This document shows positions 10,395 to 23,165 of a DNA stretch of 64,000 nt, piece by piece. How positions within the stretch are numbered: position 1 is the stretch's first letter; the number at the start of each line of letters is the position of its first letter. The notes under the pieces are model-generated. The model did not search any database. It saw only the letters and a program-made list of their open reading frames with translations, and was not told where the DNA came from. The stretch lies in NCBI GenBank assembly GCA_000146465.1, contig CP001948.1. One strand, given 5' to 3'. The translations under genes were made by a program, and so were the position numbers.

Positions 10395-11009
10395 ATGGTG
10401 GTTCTCACAACCCAGGGGAATTCCAATAGAAAGATCTTTGAAATAAGAGATGGAACTGCATTGGGAGACTTGCTCCGAGACTATGTTCGGGCATTGGAAC
10501 TATACTCGATCGATATGGAGAGTGTGAGGGAATCTTTATCCTCGATTTTTGCATACATATTTCTTTTAACTGTGCAGATCTTCGGGTTCCTGTGGGTCGT
10601 CTCATGGACTGAAGGCAAAAAAGGGATAAGTTCTGCTGCAGGACTGTCTTTTGGGGCCTTTTGTGTGATGACTATGTTCTTCTTTGGAGCCGGATATATT
10701 TACAAAGAAATCCTCAAGAAAAGAGCTGATTCGTCATACATCTCGTATGTCTATGTGGTTGGGCTTTCTGTTGTACACTACCCGTATCTTATGTTTATAG
10801 GACTATTGGCAAAGAATATATGGATGTTTCTTTGTATGATGGCCATCACCTCGATTTCCCAGTTTCTTATCCGATCATCTATGCTGAGGAACCACAACTT
10901 CGAGAGCAGTAGAGATGGATTTATGTTTGACATTGCCTCGTTTATCCTCCAGTGTGGGTTCTGTTTTGGAAGTCTTTCTCTCTTTAGTTTCCTATCGCCT
11001 GGGAATTAA
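10395..11009 (+). CDS. Hypothetical polytopic membrane protein (about 4 TM).
   Basis: Four hydrophobic helices, for example IFAYIFLLTVQIFGFLWVV and FGAFCVMTMFFFGAGYIY. Confidence 0.45.
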   Translation: MVVLTTQGNSNRKIFEIRDGTALGDLLRDYVRALELYSIDMESVRESLSSIFAYIFLLTVQIFGFLWVVSWTEGKKGISSAAGLSFGAFCVMTMFFFGAGYIYKEILKKRADSSYISYVYVVGLSVVHYPYLMFIGLLAKNIWMFLCMMAITSISQFLIRSSMLRNHNFESSRDGFMFDIASFILQCGFCFGSLSLFSFLSPGN

Positions 11010-11057
11010 ACTTTTTAAGTAAGAACAGAATATTTACTTTATTTAACTCTGTTTCCT

Positions 11058-12038
11058 TCAGTTGTATGTCTTGTTTAACTCGTATCCCTTTCCAGATGCC
11101 CAAGCAATATTGATTCCATTGTTTGTGTCCACCTGATGGATGGTTTTTCCATCTTCAATCCCAAGGTTCTTTATGAAAGAAATCAGATAAAACAACCTAC
11201 GGCATTCGAGAGACTCAAGAAGATTGCACTTCTTGTAGAACTTGTCCTTGACTTCCTTCATGCTTGTCTTCTCGCCTCTGGCAATCTTTCCAAACTCGTC
11301 ATGGAAGTAAGAAAGTAGATACAAGCTGTCGACATCATTTAGGAAGGGCTTTCTAACTACGTTTGCAAGCTTCAATACGATGTTTGTAGCACACAATTCC
11401 TGGCTATTGTCATCCTTGGACTTGCACTCTTCAGGATCCGACAAACCAAGGGATGTGATTCCAAGGTCGATTGACTCGGAAGTCACTCTTCCGTTCTTTT
11501 CTAGAAAAGATATTTGAGTACTTCCTCCGCCCATGTCGATGATTCCTAGGCTTTTCTGCTCGTTTTCCTTTCCCTTGTTGGAGAGAATTAGTGCCATGAG
11601 AGCAAATCTTCCTTCATCTATCCCATTTATCACCTCGATCTCCTTGAGATTGTATTCCTTTAGCTCATTCCTTACAAGATCCAGAATGTGGTCTGAACGC
11701 GATTTGTCCAATGTTCTGAATCCTGCAGTTCCGTAAAACCCAATAGGCATCTCCTTGATGTTGTTGTAGAACGGCTTTGCATGTGTGAAGAGTTCTCTGA
11801 TTGAGTTTTGGATCTCCTCGTCACTTTTTGCACCTGCTAGGCCTTGAGAATTTGTAAAAAGGCCCTGGTGCTTGATCTCTCCATCAACAAACCCATATAT
11901 ATTCAATCTTGTTCCTGTGGATCCTGCATCTATTACCCCACTGTATGTCATCTTGGACGGGGAAAAGGCCTTGGAATTGGAGGGGGAAGAAAGACCTAAG
12001 ATAATTCCTGGGAGCAAGAGGAGCAGCATAGTATCCAT
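11058..12038 (-). CDS. GDA1/CD39-family nucleoside phosphatase (apyrase/NTPDase), with an N-terminal signal/anchor.
   Basis: Apyrase conserved region ACR1 GVIDAGSTGTRLNIYGF. ACR2-like GTAGFR. ACR4 IIDMGGGSTQISF. N-terminal hydrophobic MLLLLLPGIILGL. Confidence 0.8.
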   Translation of the reverse strand: MDTMLLLLLPGIILGLSSPSNSKAFSPSKMTYSGVIDAGSTGTRLNIYGFVDGEIKHQGLFTNSQGLAGAKSDEEIQNSIRELFTHAKPFYNNIKEMPIGFYGTAGFRTLDKSRSDHILDLVRNELKEYNLKEIEVINGIDEGRFALMALILSNKGKENEQKSLGIIDMGGGSTQISFLEKNGRVTSESIDLGITSLGLSDPEECKSKDDNSQELCATNIVLKLANVVRKPFLNDVDSLYLLSYFHDEFGKIARGEKTSMKEVKDKFYKKCNLLESLECRRLFYLISFIKNLGIEDGKTIHQVDTNNGINIAWASGKGYELNKTYN

Positions 12039-12181
12039 TTGAGTTTGTTTTTTTGTTCGAAGCAGAAATCTTCCATCTTGTTTTAGATCATCAACGCCGA
12101 AAAGATAAAGAGGCTCAACAGAAGTACTATATGGGAGTTGGATGGATTTCTATTGAATAATAGATTTGAAGTCTCCCCTGT

Positions 12182-13126
12182 ATGGCAACGCTGTCTCAGA
12201 AGAAACTTGTAGAGTCCATAAAACTGATTGAAAGAGAGTGGATAAAGATGCACAAGGCATTAGCCAGATCAAGATGTGGAGAGGTAAAGGAAGTCAAGTA
12301 CAAGTATGTCGAAATGATTGGGAGAGGGTCTTTTGGAGTAGTTGTTAAAATAATGGATGACAGACTTAATTTCTTTGCTCTGAAGAGAGTTTACCAAGAC
12401 AGGAGATATCACAATAGAGAACTCAGTATATTGATGGAAGTAGACCATCCAAACATTGTGAGACTTGTATCGTACTTCTATACGGATAAGACCCCATCTG
12501 GAATGTATCTTAACATTATTACGGACTTTGTTGGGATGAATCTGGAGGAGTACATGAAGGCAAATAGAAATGTAGAAATAGACACGATTAGACCAATATA
12601 CAGGCAGATTTTGGAAGGGCTGGAATATTTACATGAGAAGAAGATATGCCACAGAGATATGAAACCATCCAATATACTCATAGGCCCAAATGGGTTGGTC
12701 AAGATTTGTGATCTTGGAAGTGCAAAGGTTATTGGCAATGGGGAGAAGAATATAACATACATATGCTCCAGATTCTACAGGGCACCCGAGAACCTTCTGG
12801 ACTACAAGGAGTATGATTTTAAGATAGACATATGGTCTGTAGGATGCGTTGTTGCAGAGTTTAGACACTCTGGGCCTATGTTTAAAGGAGATACGAGTGG
12901 ATCCACACTCAACAGGATTCTGGAAATTGTTAAAGCTTCTGAGGACGATTTGATTGGACTCGGATGCCAAAGGACCGATTACAAGCCTGGAGTAGGGGTG
13001 AGGAAGTATCTTGAGAAGCTCTTCGATGATCCCGATCTTCTTGAAGTTCTGGAGAAGTCCTTGGTATTTTCTCCCAGTAAGAGATCCACTGCTTCTTCGT
13101 TGCTAAAGAGTCGGTTTTTCCAATGA
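12182..13126 (+). CDS. Ser/Thr protein kinase, GSK3-like (CMGC group).
   Basis: GRGSFGVVV glycine loop. HRDMKPSNILI catalytic loop. DLGSAK. The GSK3-type activation segment YICSRFYRAPE. Confidence 0.85.
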   Translation: MATLSQKKLVESIKLIEREWIKMHKALARSRCGEVKEVKYKYVEMIGRGSFGVVVKIMDDRLNFFALKRVYQDRRYHNRELSILMEVDHPNIVRLVSYFYTDKTPSGMYLNIITDFVGMNLEEYMKANRNVEIDTIRPIYRQILEGLEYLHEKKICHRDMKPSNILIGPNGLVKICDLGSAKVIGNGEKNITYICSRFYRAPENLLDYKEYDFKIDIWSVGCVVAEFRHSGPMFKGDTSGSTLNRILEIVKASEDDLIGLGCQRTDYKPGVGVRKYLEKLFDDPDLLEVLEKSLVFSPSKRSTASSLLKSRFFQ

Positions 13127-13250
13127 GTACATGCCCATTGGTCTTCGATATTGTACAGCCGAATTTTGTTCTGCATGTAATGCAGAGTGTATTTTGATGT
13201 AATTAAACATCTTTTTGAACAGGAAGAAGATTAGAAATGGGGATTTTTAT

Positions 13251-15362
<2,112 letters not shown>

Positions 15363-15459
15363 TTATTTATACATGAAAAGAAGGTTAGATGAAGTTTATT
15401 GATAAACAAAATTGATAACCAATTAATTTCCATGAATTCATTATCTTGGGAGGGGATTT

Positions 15460-16164
15460 GTGGAAAGCAATAGACTTCAGATATCCCCAATGAGAATTTC
15501 TCTGAAAGACGAGAAGTTTTTTCGAACCATGATAGGTGTATTTGCCGATAAAGGGAACATCGAATTTGATATAAGGCCGGAGGAAATCACAGCCTCATCG
15601 TGTGGTCAAAGTAATTTTTATTTGGTGATAAATAACGATGTGTTTACGGCTGATGGAGAATGTTTATCATTTGTTGTGAAAGCTCAGCACCTACTTGAGG
15701 GTATAAATGCTCTAGGCCGATATGATCTCGTTATTGAGGACGATCTTAAGCTTTTAGACGGAGGGAACACTATATTTATTCCTTTTCTACCAGCGCCAAA
15801 AAGCGAATACGAGGAGCCTGACACTCCTGTCGCAAAGCTCGTTGTAAGCCCTGAGCTACTGGAGGCATTTGGGATGCTGAAGGGGGTTGTGACATATGAA
15901 ATAGAGGGAAACAAGCTATTTATTAGAAAGGCCGGAAGCGATGTTCTGGAGGAAATTGAATTTTTGACGGGAGGATTCATTATAGCTGGAGATCTTCAAT
16001 TTAAGTGTAATAACAGATGGACAGATGTGTTGGCCGGGATCAAGAGTTATGTTGACTCCATAATGCTTACATTTGGCGCAAACACTCTGTGCATTCAATT
16101 TCTATTTAAAAAGTATTCTAGAAGTTATTTAGAGTTGCAGGTCTGGAGATCCCTCGGGGATTGA
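15460..16164 (+). CDS. Hypothetical protein (234 aa). A PCNA / 9-1-1 clamp-like fold is only a weak guess.
   Basis: ORF occupying a clean intergenic slot. No strong motif. Confidence 0.45.
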   Translation: MESNRLQISPMRISLKDEKFFRTMIGVFADKGNIEFDIRPEEITASSCGQSNFYLVINNDVFTADGECLSFVVKAQHLLEGINALGRYDLVIEDDLKLLDGGNTIFIPFLPAPKSEYEEPDTPVAKLVVSPELLEAFGMLKGVVTYEIEGNKLFIRKAGSDVLEEIEFLTGGFIIAGDLQFKCNNRWTDVLAGIKSYVDSIMLTFGANTLCIQFLFKKYSRSYLELQVWRSLGD

Positions 16165-16206
16165 TTTAGGGCCCGGAGATAAAAAGAAACGGCCATAATA
16201 CCCCAA

Positions 16207-16977
16207 ATGGAAAGCAAAGGGTCGAATTACCACTGGGCCGAGTCCGACTTGTCTGGCTGGGCAAAGGATAAGATCAAGGAGACCTTAGAACATCGAGGCT
16301 ACAAAGTGAATGAGATGGATGTGATGGTTAAGATATGCCAAAGGATGAATACATTAGGGCTGGTGTATATGATAGGCTTTGAGTGCACGAAGGATGGAAA
16401 GTATTGTAGCATAAGAAACTTCTACTCTGTGTCTGAAAAGGCAGAAGGGATGGAAGACTTCGAATGGTTTCCCGGGTTTTTCTCGGAGCTTGAGGAAGAG
16501 GCAATACTCAAGTTTGGAAGCCGAGTTCTGGATACTAATAGGCAAGTGGAGGAGAGAAAACCTTGTGTCAGGAGTATAGATGCTGAGGATGCAAAGACTG
16601 TAGACATAAGTTACAAGGCAAGCATTAACTGCGAGATTAATGAGTTCAAGAATTTCATCCTATCCCAAGAATATATTTCCATGTGGAGTGGGTATAGGGC
16701 AACCTTTGATGGAGACGACATCCTAATTGACGGGGTAATCATCCGGAGACTCCGAGAAGAGAACGGATGTATCAGGATGGAGTGGAAACTCGAGAGATGG
16801 AGTCACTTCACAGAAGTTAAGATATCTCTCGAGTCTTTTCTTAATAGCTCAAAGGTAACAGTGAAACAAAAGGCTGTTCCAATCAAGGAAGAGAAAAGCA
16901 TTAGAATGTGGTGGCATGAGAAAGTATTTGCCTCGATTTCTACTTGCTTTGGATTTATCCTAAAGCCTCTAGAATAA
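16207..16977 (+). CDS. Aha1-family activator of Hsp90 ATPase.
   Basis: N-terminus SNYHWAESDLSGWAKDKIKETL matches the Aha1 N-terminus (NVNNWHWTERDASNWSTDKLKTL). The C-terminal Aha1/START-like domain is present. Confidence 0.75.
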   Translation: MESKGSNYHWAESDLSGWAKDKIKETLEHRGYKVNEMDVMVKICQRMNTLGLVYMIGFECTKDGKYCSIRNFYSVSEKAEGMEDFEWFPGFFSELEEEAILKFGSRVLDTNRQVEERKPCVRSIDAEDAKTVDISYKASINCEINEFKNFILSQEYISMWSGYRATFDGDDILIDGVIIRRLREENGCIRMEWKLERWSHFTEVKISLESFLNSSKVTVKQKAVPIKEEKSIRMWWHEKVFASISTCFGFILKPLE

Positions 16978-17027
16978 TCTGCAGGGCTTGACTACAATAA
17001 AACACAAGATTTCTAAATCGAGTATAA

Positions 17028-17459
17028 ATGTGGACTCCTGCATCAACAGACATGGTGGCATGGAAAGATGGAAGGGGCGATTGTATCATAAGATGTTTTG
17101 GATGTGGCAATGTTGTCTGTAGAAGGGCAAGACGGGCCATGCTTCTATCCAATGTAAAGATCGAAGTATATTCGGCAAATGTTCCCACAGAATGTGTGAA
17201 GTGTGTAAGAGACGGTTACCTGGCATATTCATGTCAGTGTATTGTTGTTGATGCAGAATGTAGATGTTGCCGAATGATTCTAGGATATCATATTTTACAT
17301 CCATGCAAGTTATGCGAAGAGATTGGAGGCATCAGACATGCATGGATCTTTGATACAAGCTCTGTCATTTCCTCCATCAGAAGGGAAAGATCAGAGGCTT
17401 GCTTGAACGTGTCTGCAGCATGGAATGGGGAAGGAGACAACGAAGTGAAGATAAGATAG
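17028..17459 (+). CDS. Yippee/Mis18-like zinc-binding protein.
   Basis: Two CxxC pairs about 50 residues apart: CFGCGNVV and CRCCRMILGYH. The second resembles the Yippee C-x-x-C-x-x-LGW-Y motif. Confidence 0.55.
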   Translation: MWTPASTDMVAWKDGRGDCIIRCFGCGNVVCRRARRAMLLSNVKIEVYSANVPTECVKCVRDGYLAYSCQCIVVDAECRCCRMILGYHILHPCKLCEEIGGIRHAWIFDTSSVISSIRRERSEACLNVSAAWNGEGDNEVKIR

Positions 17460-17551
17460 TTTGAGAATTAAACAAAACAGCCTAAATGACTTTATTGCTA
17501 TTTCTTTAAAGTAAGCACCAAAACATATGCTGAATGGCAGAAAAATAGAGC

Positions 17552-18562
17552 TCATGACTTATTCAAGAGCCTGATGTACATTTCTATCATTTGCGATATT
17601 ATCAAAACAACATTACTTAATATTATAATAATCAGAACAACCTCGAACTTTTCAATACTGCTCCTATTTGTGTTTTCGTTGAGGATCTCTAGTATTCCGT
17701 TAATCACGTCACACCTCCTGTTCAGCAGGTCTGCCCTTGGCTTGATATCCAAATACCTCTTACATGTTTCATAGAGAGACGAAAATGCAGGGTAGTCCCA
17801 CACAAACTCAGGCTCATCAAGAATATTGGATCCAAGATTTAGATTGAACCTTAGTCTATGCAATTTACCTATCATCTTCAATATCTCCTTCTTGCTTTTG
17901 CTGACCTTTCCCTCCCTCTCGACCTCTTCAGGGAACTCCTTAACTGCATCGATCGTGTTGTCCACAAGATTCTCGAAGTAGTCCAGCTTCACACTCTTGG
18001 CTATTGCAATCGAAATCACCATCTTTGTAAAGTGATTTTCAGAGTTCAAGTATATTACATCGTTGATAATAAATGGATTATCCGTTATACCATATTTGAA
18101 GGACTCAATCTCCACCTCGCTCGGCTCATGTCCGTTTTCCTCATACTTCTCAACAAGCTTGACTATCATCGATTCCTGCATCTCAGACATTCCCCAACAC
18201 ACTACAACACCGTACTCGTAGAAGAAGCAGTCATGTCTTTCTCCACTGCCCTTGAAGTTCATCAGAGTGTACAGACATTCCCCAAAGTACATGGAGACTT
18301 TGTTGCATAGAGAGTTGCTCTTCAAATACTTGTACAGATTCTTGAGGTCGTATCCGTCTGCAGTACAATAGGCTGTTACTCTGAACAGCTTCGTGTCTGG
18401 GACCGTGTTTTCCTCTTTTGGCATCATGTCTGTTTCAATCTTCAGTGCATATGCATCCTTGAGGGCTCGAAGCTCTATCCTGGCCTGCTTCCTGCCTCCA
18501 GCATTTGGTTCTCTACTTATATCAGTCAAGTATACCTTCTGTTTGTTGTAGTCTTCGGCCAT
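17552..18562 (-). CDS. DUF155 / RMD1 (Sif2)-family protein with a C-terminal TM.
   Basis: Central motif FFYEYGVVVCWGMSE resembles the DUF155 core. C-terminal hydrophobic stretch VVLIIIILSNVVLIISQMI. Confidence 0.45.
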   Translation of the reverse strand: MAEDYNKQKVYLTDISREPNAGGRKQARIELRALKDAYALKIETDMMPKEENTVPDTKLFRVTAYCTADGYDLKNLYKYLKSNSLCNKVSMYFGECLYTLMNFKGSGERHDCFFYEYGVVVCWGMSEMQESMIVKLVEKYEENGHEPSEVEIESFKYGITDNPFIINDVIYLNSENHFTKMVISIAIAKSVKLDYFENLVDNTIDAVKEFPEEVEREGKVSKSKKEILKMIGKLHRLRFNLNLGSNILDEPEFVWDYPAFSSLYETCKRYLDIKPRADLLNRRCDVINGILEILNENTNRSSIEKFEVVLIIIILSNVVLIISQMIEMYIRLLNKS

Positions 18563-18636
18563 AAATGCTCAGGGATAAAATTTTGGGGTTAGAAATCGGT
18601 CTCCTTACTTCAAAAGGAGAAGAGACATAAACGGAT

Positions 18637-19482
18637 TTATTGATTGGAAAAATATTCACTCACCTCCTTCTTGAACTCAGGGGACCTCTTCCGGTTTCCC
18701 TGGGGCCTTGTAAAGTACTTGAAGAGCTCACTTCGCTTAAAAATCTTTTCGTCCTCAAACATCCTCAGATACTCCTGGATCTTTTTCTTCTCCTTTCCAT
18801 TCTCAACAATCTCCTCGGCAGAGCTTAAGAGAGCTTTCGTTGAAATCAGATTCCCTATGCCCTTGCATTTCCTAAGGCCACCATCAAACATTAGAACTTC
18901 TTTTCCGATACTTTCGTCGGAAAGTCCATGGCTTCGAAGTAGATTTACAATATCTTCCGATTTGTCCTCTCCAGACTCCATCAACCTTTTCATCTCGTCC
19001 TGGTACTTATCATCTTCTTCATCTCCAGGATTAAAATAGGCATCATCCCGTTCCAAGGAATTCCTCTCTACATCCTTGAGAATCATTCCATTTAGTTTGG
19101 AGCTTTTGACATCGGATATCTTTCCGCAAGCCAGGCATTCTAGAGATAACCCGCCATTGTTGATATAGAATGTCTCTGGGTTGTTGCAAAATGGACACAT
19201 AACATATGCATCGATGAAGTCATATATCAGGTCTTGAATCCTCGAGGATTCATATCTCCCGTTCACAGCATACCGTCCCTTTCCAATGTCTGTCCTAGTA
19301 GCCAGTTCATAACTCATAAACTTTAGAATGTACAAAGGCGGCCTCTTCAGAGAGGAGCTGATATCCTCCAGATTCACAATCACTGTTCTTGTGTTTCCAG
19401 CCTTTCCTTCCTGCTTTACAACTGCTCTAGGCATCTTGTACCTATAGTAAAAGTCATTATTTGTTCTATTTATGTCGATCAT
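18637..19482 (-). CDS. Translation initiation factor eIF5 (eIF2beta/eIF5 zinc-ribbon N-domain plus a partial W2 domain). Start set at the internal Met.
   Basis: MIDINRTNNDFYYRYKMPRAVVKQEGKAGNTRTVIVNLEDISSSLKRPP...CPFCNNPETFYI...CLACGK matches the eIF5 N-terminal domain. The longer ORF runs to 19740 and adds an 86-aa low-complexity extension. Confidence 0.75.
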   Translation of the reverse strand: MIDINRTNNDFYYRYKMPRAVVKQEGKAGNTRTVIVNLEDISSSLKRPPLYILKFMSYELATRTDIGKGRYAVNGRYESSRIQDLIYDFIDAYVMCPFCNNPETFYINNGGLSLECLACGKISDVKSSKLNGMILKDVERNSLERDDAYFNPGDEEDDKYQDEMKRLMESGEDKSEDIVNLLRSHGLSDESIGKEVLMFDGGLRKCKGIGNLISTKALLSSAEEIVENGKEKKKIQEYLRMFEDEKIFKRSELFKYFTRPQGNRKRSPEFKKEVSEYFSNQ

Positions 19483-19560
19483 GCCATAAATGGGAATGTG
19501 TATATTGGGGGATTTACCCATAAACACATGGCTTTGATAAAAAATTGCTAAGGATCCTCC

Positions 19561-21213
19561 ATGGGTAAGAGCAAAAGTACTGGAAGAACAAGGCTGGATA
19601 AGTATTATAATCTTGCAAAGGAAAAGGGCTACAGAGCAAGATCTGCATTCAAACTCCTTCAAATTAATAGGAAGTATGCATTCCTTGAGAAAGCACATGT
19701 GCTCATCGACCTGTGTGCAGCTCCGGGGTCGTGGTGCCAAGTTGCAGCTCAGGAAATGCCTCTAAGAAGGAAGATAGTTGCAGTTGATTTGGAGCCGATA
19801 AAGTTCATGGGGGATGTCGACACGATCACAGCAGACATAACCTCAGATGAGTGCAGGCTTAGACTACGGGAGATACTTGGAACACACAAGGCAGATGTTG
19901 TACTCCACGATGGAGCACCAAATGTGGGAACGTCATGGGAAAATGATGCATTTAATCAGAATCTCCTTGTATTGCATTCAGCCAGGCTCACAGCGGAGTT
20001 TCTAAAGAAGGGCGGTGTATTTGTTACAAAAGTGTTCCGATCCCAGGATTACTTTTCATTGCTGAATATATTGTCGCAGCTTTTTGAGACTGTTGAGACC
20101 TCGAAGCCGCTCAGCTCTAGAAGCCAAAGTGCAGAAATATTTCTTGTGTGCCTTGGGTTTATTGGAGAAGAGGAGGTAGACTACTCGATTCTGGATCCTT
20201 CTGCAGTCTTTACGGAAATGAAGGAGACAGGAGGGTATGAGGATTTCAACTTCCACAAGAAACTGAAGCTTACAGAGTTCCTGAAGGAGGAGAATCCCGA
20301 AATTTTGTCTGAGATGCTTTTAAAGTATTCGGAGATTGTAGTTGATATAGATGAAAAAGACATAGAGAAGATCTTGGAGCCTGAGTTTCTGTATCTGTTT
20401 AAGGATCTCCAATTACTAGGAAAGGGAGAAGTCAGAAAGATTCTAGCCAAGAGGAAGAAGATCATTCGGGCAGTGCGGAAAGGAGATGTTGACATTCCAG
20501 CACTGGACTTCCTTGGAAGAAATGAAGAAGAGGAGATTGAGATGAAAGAAAAGAGTGTTGAGGAGAAGATAGAGGAGATAGAGATGCTTCTTGAAAAGAA
20601 AAAAAAACAGTCCCGCCGTGAAGAGTGCAAGACAAAGAATGAACAACCAGCCGAGTGTTTTTTTAAGGACTCAGTGTTTGATAAGCTGAATATTATAAGT
20701 GATAATGAAGAGGAATTGGAAGAAAGTCCGGAGCAGGATATTGAAGTGAGCAGTTGTTCGGACAGTCTAGATCTCGATGAAGAAGAGCTTATGTGTATTG
20801 CAAAACTTAAGGAGGATCCCGAGGGGTTTGTGGAGGATACCATTGACAGATACATCCGTGATCCCAATGAAAAGCTTCCAAACTATCTTCGTGAGGACCA
20901 AGAAGCCTTTTTTTCAAGGCCTTCAAAAGCCGAGGAAAGAAGGCTCACAAAAAAGGAAAAAGAGGCACTTAGCAGACGTAAGACAAGGGCTGAGAGGAGA
21001 GCTGAAATGTTTATGAAAGATCTGGTAATAGATGATTCTGAAGAAGAGGGCAAGGTAGCAAAGAAGATTTATAAGTCATCCTTTAAGAAGACAAAGACTA
21101 AGCCGAGAGTTGTGTTCCCTAAGAAGGGAAGATGTGGAGTCCCGCGAGGGAAGGGGAGAGTTGTGATGCTGGATAGAAGGCTAAAGAAGGACAAAAGAAA
21201 AGGAAAGGCCTGA
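19561..21213 (+). CDS. SPB1: AdoMet-dependent rRNA 2'-O-methyltransferase SPB1 (FtsJ domain plus a charged Spb1 C-terminus).
   Basis: RSAFKLLQINRKYAFL...LIDLCAAPGSWCQVAA FtsJ SAM-binding motifs. Long K/E-rich C-terminal domain. Confidence 0.85.
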   Translation: MGKSKSTGRTRLDKYYNLAKEKGYRARSAFKLLQINRKYAFLEKAHVLIDLCAAPGSWCQVAAQEMPLRRKIVAVDLEPIKFMGDVDTITADITSDECRLRLREILGTHKADVVLHDGAPNVGTSWENDAFNQNLLVLHSARLTAEFLKKGGVFVTKVFRSQDYFSLLNILSQLFETVETSKPLSSRSQSAEIFLVCLGFIGEEEVDYSILDPSAVFTEMKETGGYEDFNFHKKLKLTEFLKEENPEILSEMLLKYSEIVVDIDEKDIEKILEPEFLYLFKDLQLLGKGEVRKILAKRKKIIRAVRKGDVDIPALDFLGRNEEEEIEMKEKSVEEKIEEIEMLLEKKKKQSRREECKTKNEQPAECFFKDSVFDKLNIISDNEEELEESPEQDIEVSSCSDSLDLDEEELMCIAKLKEDPEGFVEDTIDRYIRDPNEKLPNYLREDQEAFFSRPSKAEERRLTKKEKEALSRRKTRAERRAEMFMKDLVIDDSEEEGKVAKKIYKSSFKKTKTKPRVVFPKKGRCGVPRGKGRVVMLDRRLKKDKRKGKA

Positions 21214-21310
21214 TGCTATAGCCCGTCCTGAGTAATAGAGCATATCATTAAAAGGATTTACTTATTTATGGAATTTAAAGACACCAAAAGATCAAGTTTA
21301 TTTCAGATTT

Positions 21311-21775
21311 TCATTCATTGCCTATGCTCGATGATATAGCCATTGCACACACAAGCCCGAGAAGGCCAACAACCTCTCCAAAGATTAGTATTAAGAAGAA
21401 GATACTGTTGAACTTCTTTTGTTGGGACCTTGTGACACATGCAACCTTTGCAGAGTAGCCTATGGAATATCCAGCAACACCTGAGGATACGCCATTAACC
21501 ACACATGCACTCAGGACCAAAAGGCCATCCTTGAGAGATTCAATCTTCTTGTCATAAACCATGAAGTATAGAATCACAGAGTACATTGTTGGAGCTGTAA
21601 TGAAGATGATTGGAACAAGGGAGTAGGTGGTATTAACAACATTTTCAGCAGCCTTACAGATGCCCTCCGAGCCTGCTATGAATCCCAGGCCTCCGCCTAT
21701 GGCAGAAAGAGAAATCATCAGTCCTGGGCCTAGCTTTGAAATGATTAAACTTAGTGTCTTCTCGTCTAACTCCAT
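21311..21775 (-). CDS. V-type H+-ATPase 16-kDa proteolipid subunit c.
   Basis: Four TM hairpins. GYSIGYSAKVACVTRSQQKKFNSIFFLILIFGEVVGLLGLV parallels the VMA3 segment ...[31 protein letters not shown] with the conserved Glu. Confidence 0.75.
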   Translation of the reverse strand: MELDEKTLSLIISKLGPGLMISLSAIGGGLGFIAGSEGICKAAENVVNTTYSLVPIIFITAPTMYSVILYFMVYDKKIESLKDGLLVLSACVVNGVSSGVAGYSIGYSAKVACVTRSQQKKFNSIFFLILIFGEVVGLLGLVCAMAISSSIGNE

Positions 21776-21875
21776 GTATACCCTTGTTTTATTTTGATAA
21801 ATATTTTAGAAAACAAAGTTTCCAAATCGAAACAACCTGTACTTACCAGATTGGCCAATACAAAATGGGAGGCGT

Positions 21876-22367
21876 ATGGAATGTCCCATGGGGAAGAGCG
21901 ACTTTCTCGCAAAGTTTGAAGAGATGAAGGATGGGACGTTTACGCCTAAGGACCAGTCCCAGAATTGGTGCCGGCATTTTGGAGTGAAGAAGGACAAGAG
22001 GCTGCACCTGTACCCCGAAGAGATGCTGTACTTGTACGACAGAAATCCTAAAGAAGAATACTCGGTGAGAACAAAGGCATACTTCTTTATCAGAAACAAC
22101 TGCTACAACCTTCTTCTCGGAGAGGACGGTAGATTTCTTCTGTACAGGAGGCATAAGAACTTCAATAGAAAGAAGGATAAGCCGATCTGCTTGATGAGAT
22201 ATGTACACAGGGATGAGTGGATGGAAGATTCAACCAAAGACATTGTCGATGAGTCTTTCTGTGTGCTATCTGATGATGTGTTTACCTTTCTGAGGATCCG
22301 AAAAGTCTTAAAGCTTGGGATGGACACTCCTGAAAATTTGAGGAAATGGGATGGAGAACCCTTTTGA
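21876..22367 (+). CDS. Hypothetical protein (163 aa). A possible tRNA-splicing endonuclease Sen54/Sen15-like subunit.
   Basis: ORF. The motif LHLYPEEMLYLYDRN resembles the LLPEEALYL motif of Sen54-like proteins. This is a weak assignment. Confidence 0.4.
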   Translation: MECPMGKSDFLAKFEEMKDGTFTPKDQSQNWCRHFGVKKDKRLHLYPEEMLYLYDRNPKEEYSVRTKAYFFIRNNCYNLLLGEDGRFLLYRRHKNFNRKKDKPICLMRYVHRDEWMEDSTKDIVDESFCVLSDDVFTFLRIRKVLKLGMDTPENLRKWDGEPF

Positions 22368-22406
22368 ACCCCTCATCTTTTTCCCAAGACTTCTCAAGCC
22401 CTTGAA

Positions 22407-23165
22407 ATGAGTAGGAACGGACAAGGAGACCAAGGACAACTGACAAAAACAATAATAGCCGTTGGATTCAATGACCAGAAACATCAGGAAGAAGTAAGAG
22501 GCAGGGTTGAAAAGCATTTTGATGTAAGAGAAAGCTACAAAATCCAAAACGACCATAGAGTGCTTTGCATACTCTTTTACGACGAGAGGAGGGCAAGAGA
22601 AGCGATTTCTTTCCTCAAGGAAGAGGGTATTTCATCCTACCACATAATAAGCAAGTATGAGATTCCCAGGGATATGGACAAATGCGATGAATCCCGAAAC
22701 CAAAGCACACTGCTATTTACTTTCAAGAACTTAGCGGGCTCTGTTGACGACAAAGAGTTTGGAGAGCAGGTTGGGCGATTTGGAGAAGTGAAGGACATTC
22801 GATACGTTAAGACACATCAAAGATGTGTGGAGTTCTATGACTCAAGAAGTGCAGTTGCAGCTTTCCATGGAATGAACGAGCTGAAGTTTATGGATGGAAT
22901 GATGCAGGCAAAGTGGGTGTGGGATCTCTCCACAAAGACGAGATGGGAGCTTATAAGGTTAACAGACAGTATTTTGAAGGAATGTAAGTTGGAGATAAAG
23001 ACGCCTACAAAGAGAGAGAGTGAGGAGAGCAAGGAAGAAATAAAGAGAAAGAAAAAAGTACAGGACAGCGACACGGCACACCCTAGAAATATATTCTTGA
23101 AAAGGTTTGATTCCTTCATTGCTTTGAATATTGACCATATAACCGAGGGATATGTCAATGACTGA
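22407..23165 (+). CDS. RRM-type RNA-binding protein (two degenerate RRMs).
   Basis: RNP1-like segments RVLCILFYDERRAREAI and QRCVEFYDSRSAVAAFHGMN. Confidence 0.5.
   Translation: MSRNGQGDQGQLTKTIIAVGFNDQKHQEEVRGRVEKHFDVRESYKIQNDHRVLCILFYDERRAREAISFLKEEGISSYHIISKYEIPRDMDKCDESRNQSTLLFTFKNLAGSVDDKEFGEQVGRFGEVKDIRYVKTHQRCVEFYDSRSAVAAFHGMNELKFMDGMMQAKWVWDLSTKTRWELIRLTDSILKECKLEIKTPTKRESEESKEEIKRKKKVQDSDTAHPRNIFLKRFDSFIALNIDHITEGYVND

Noticed and set aside
19483-19740. N-terminal 86-aa extension of the eIF5 ORF. Similar extensions occur on the Ubl-L40 (23668-23757), Dcp2 (56287-56373) and Pop4 (58355-58654) ORFs.
   Set aside because: The extensions are not conserved or are low-complexity. They precede Met residues that align with the conserved N-termini of the respective families, and would overlap or abut neighbouring genes.
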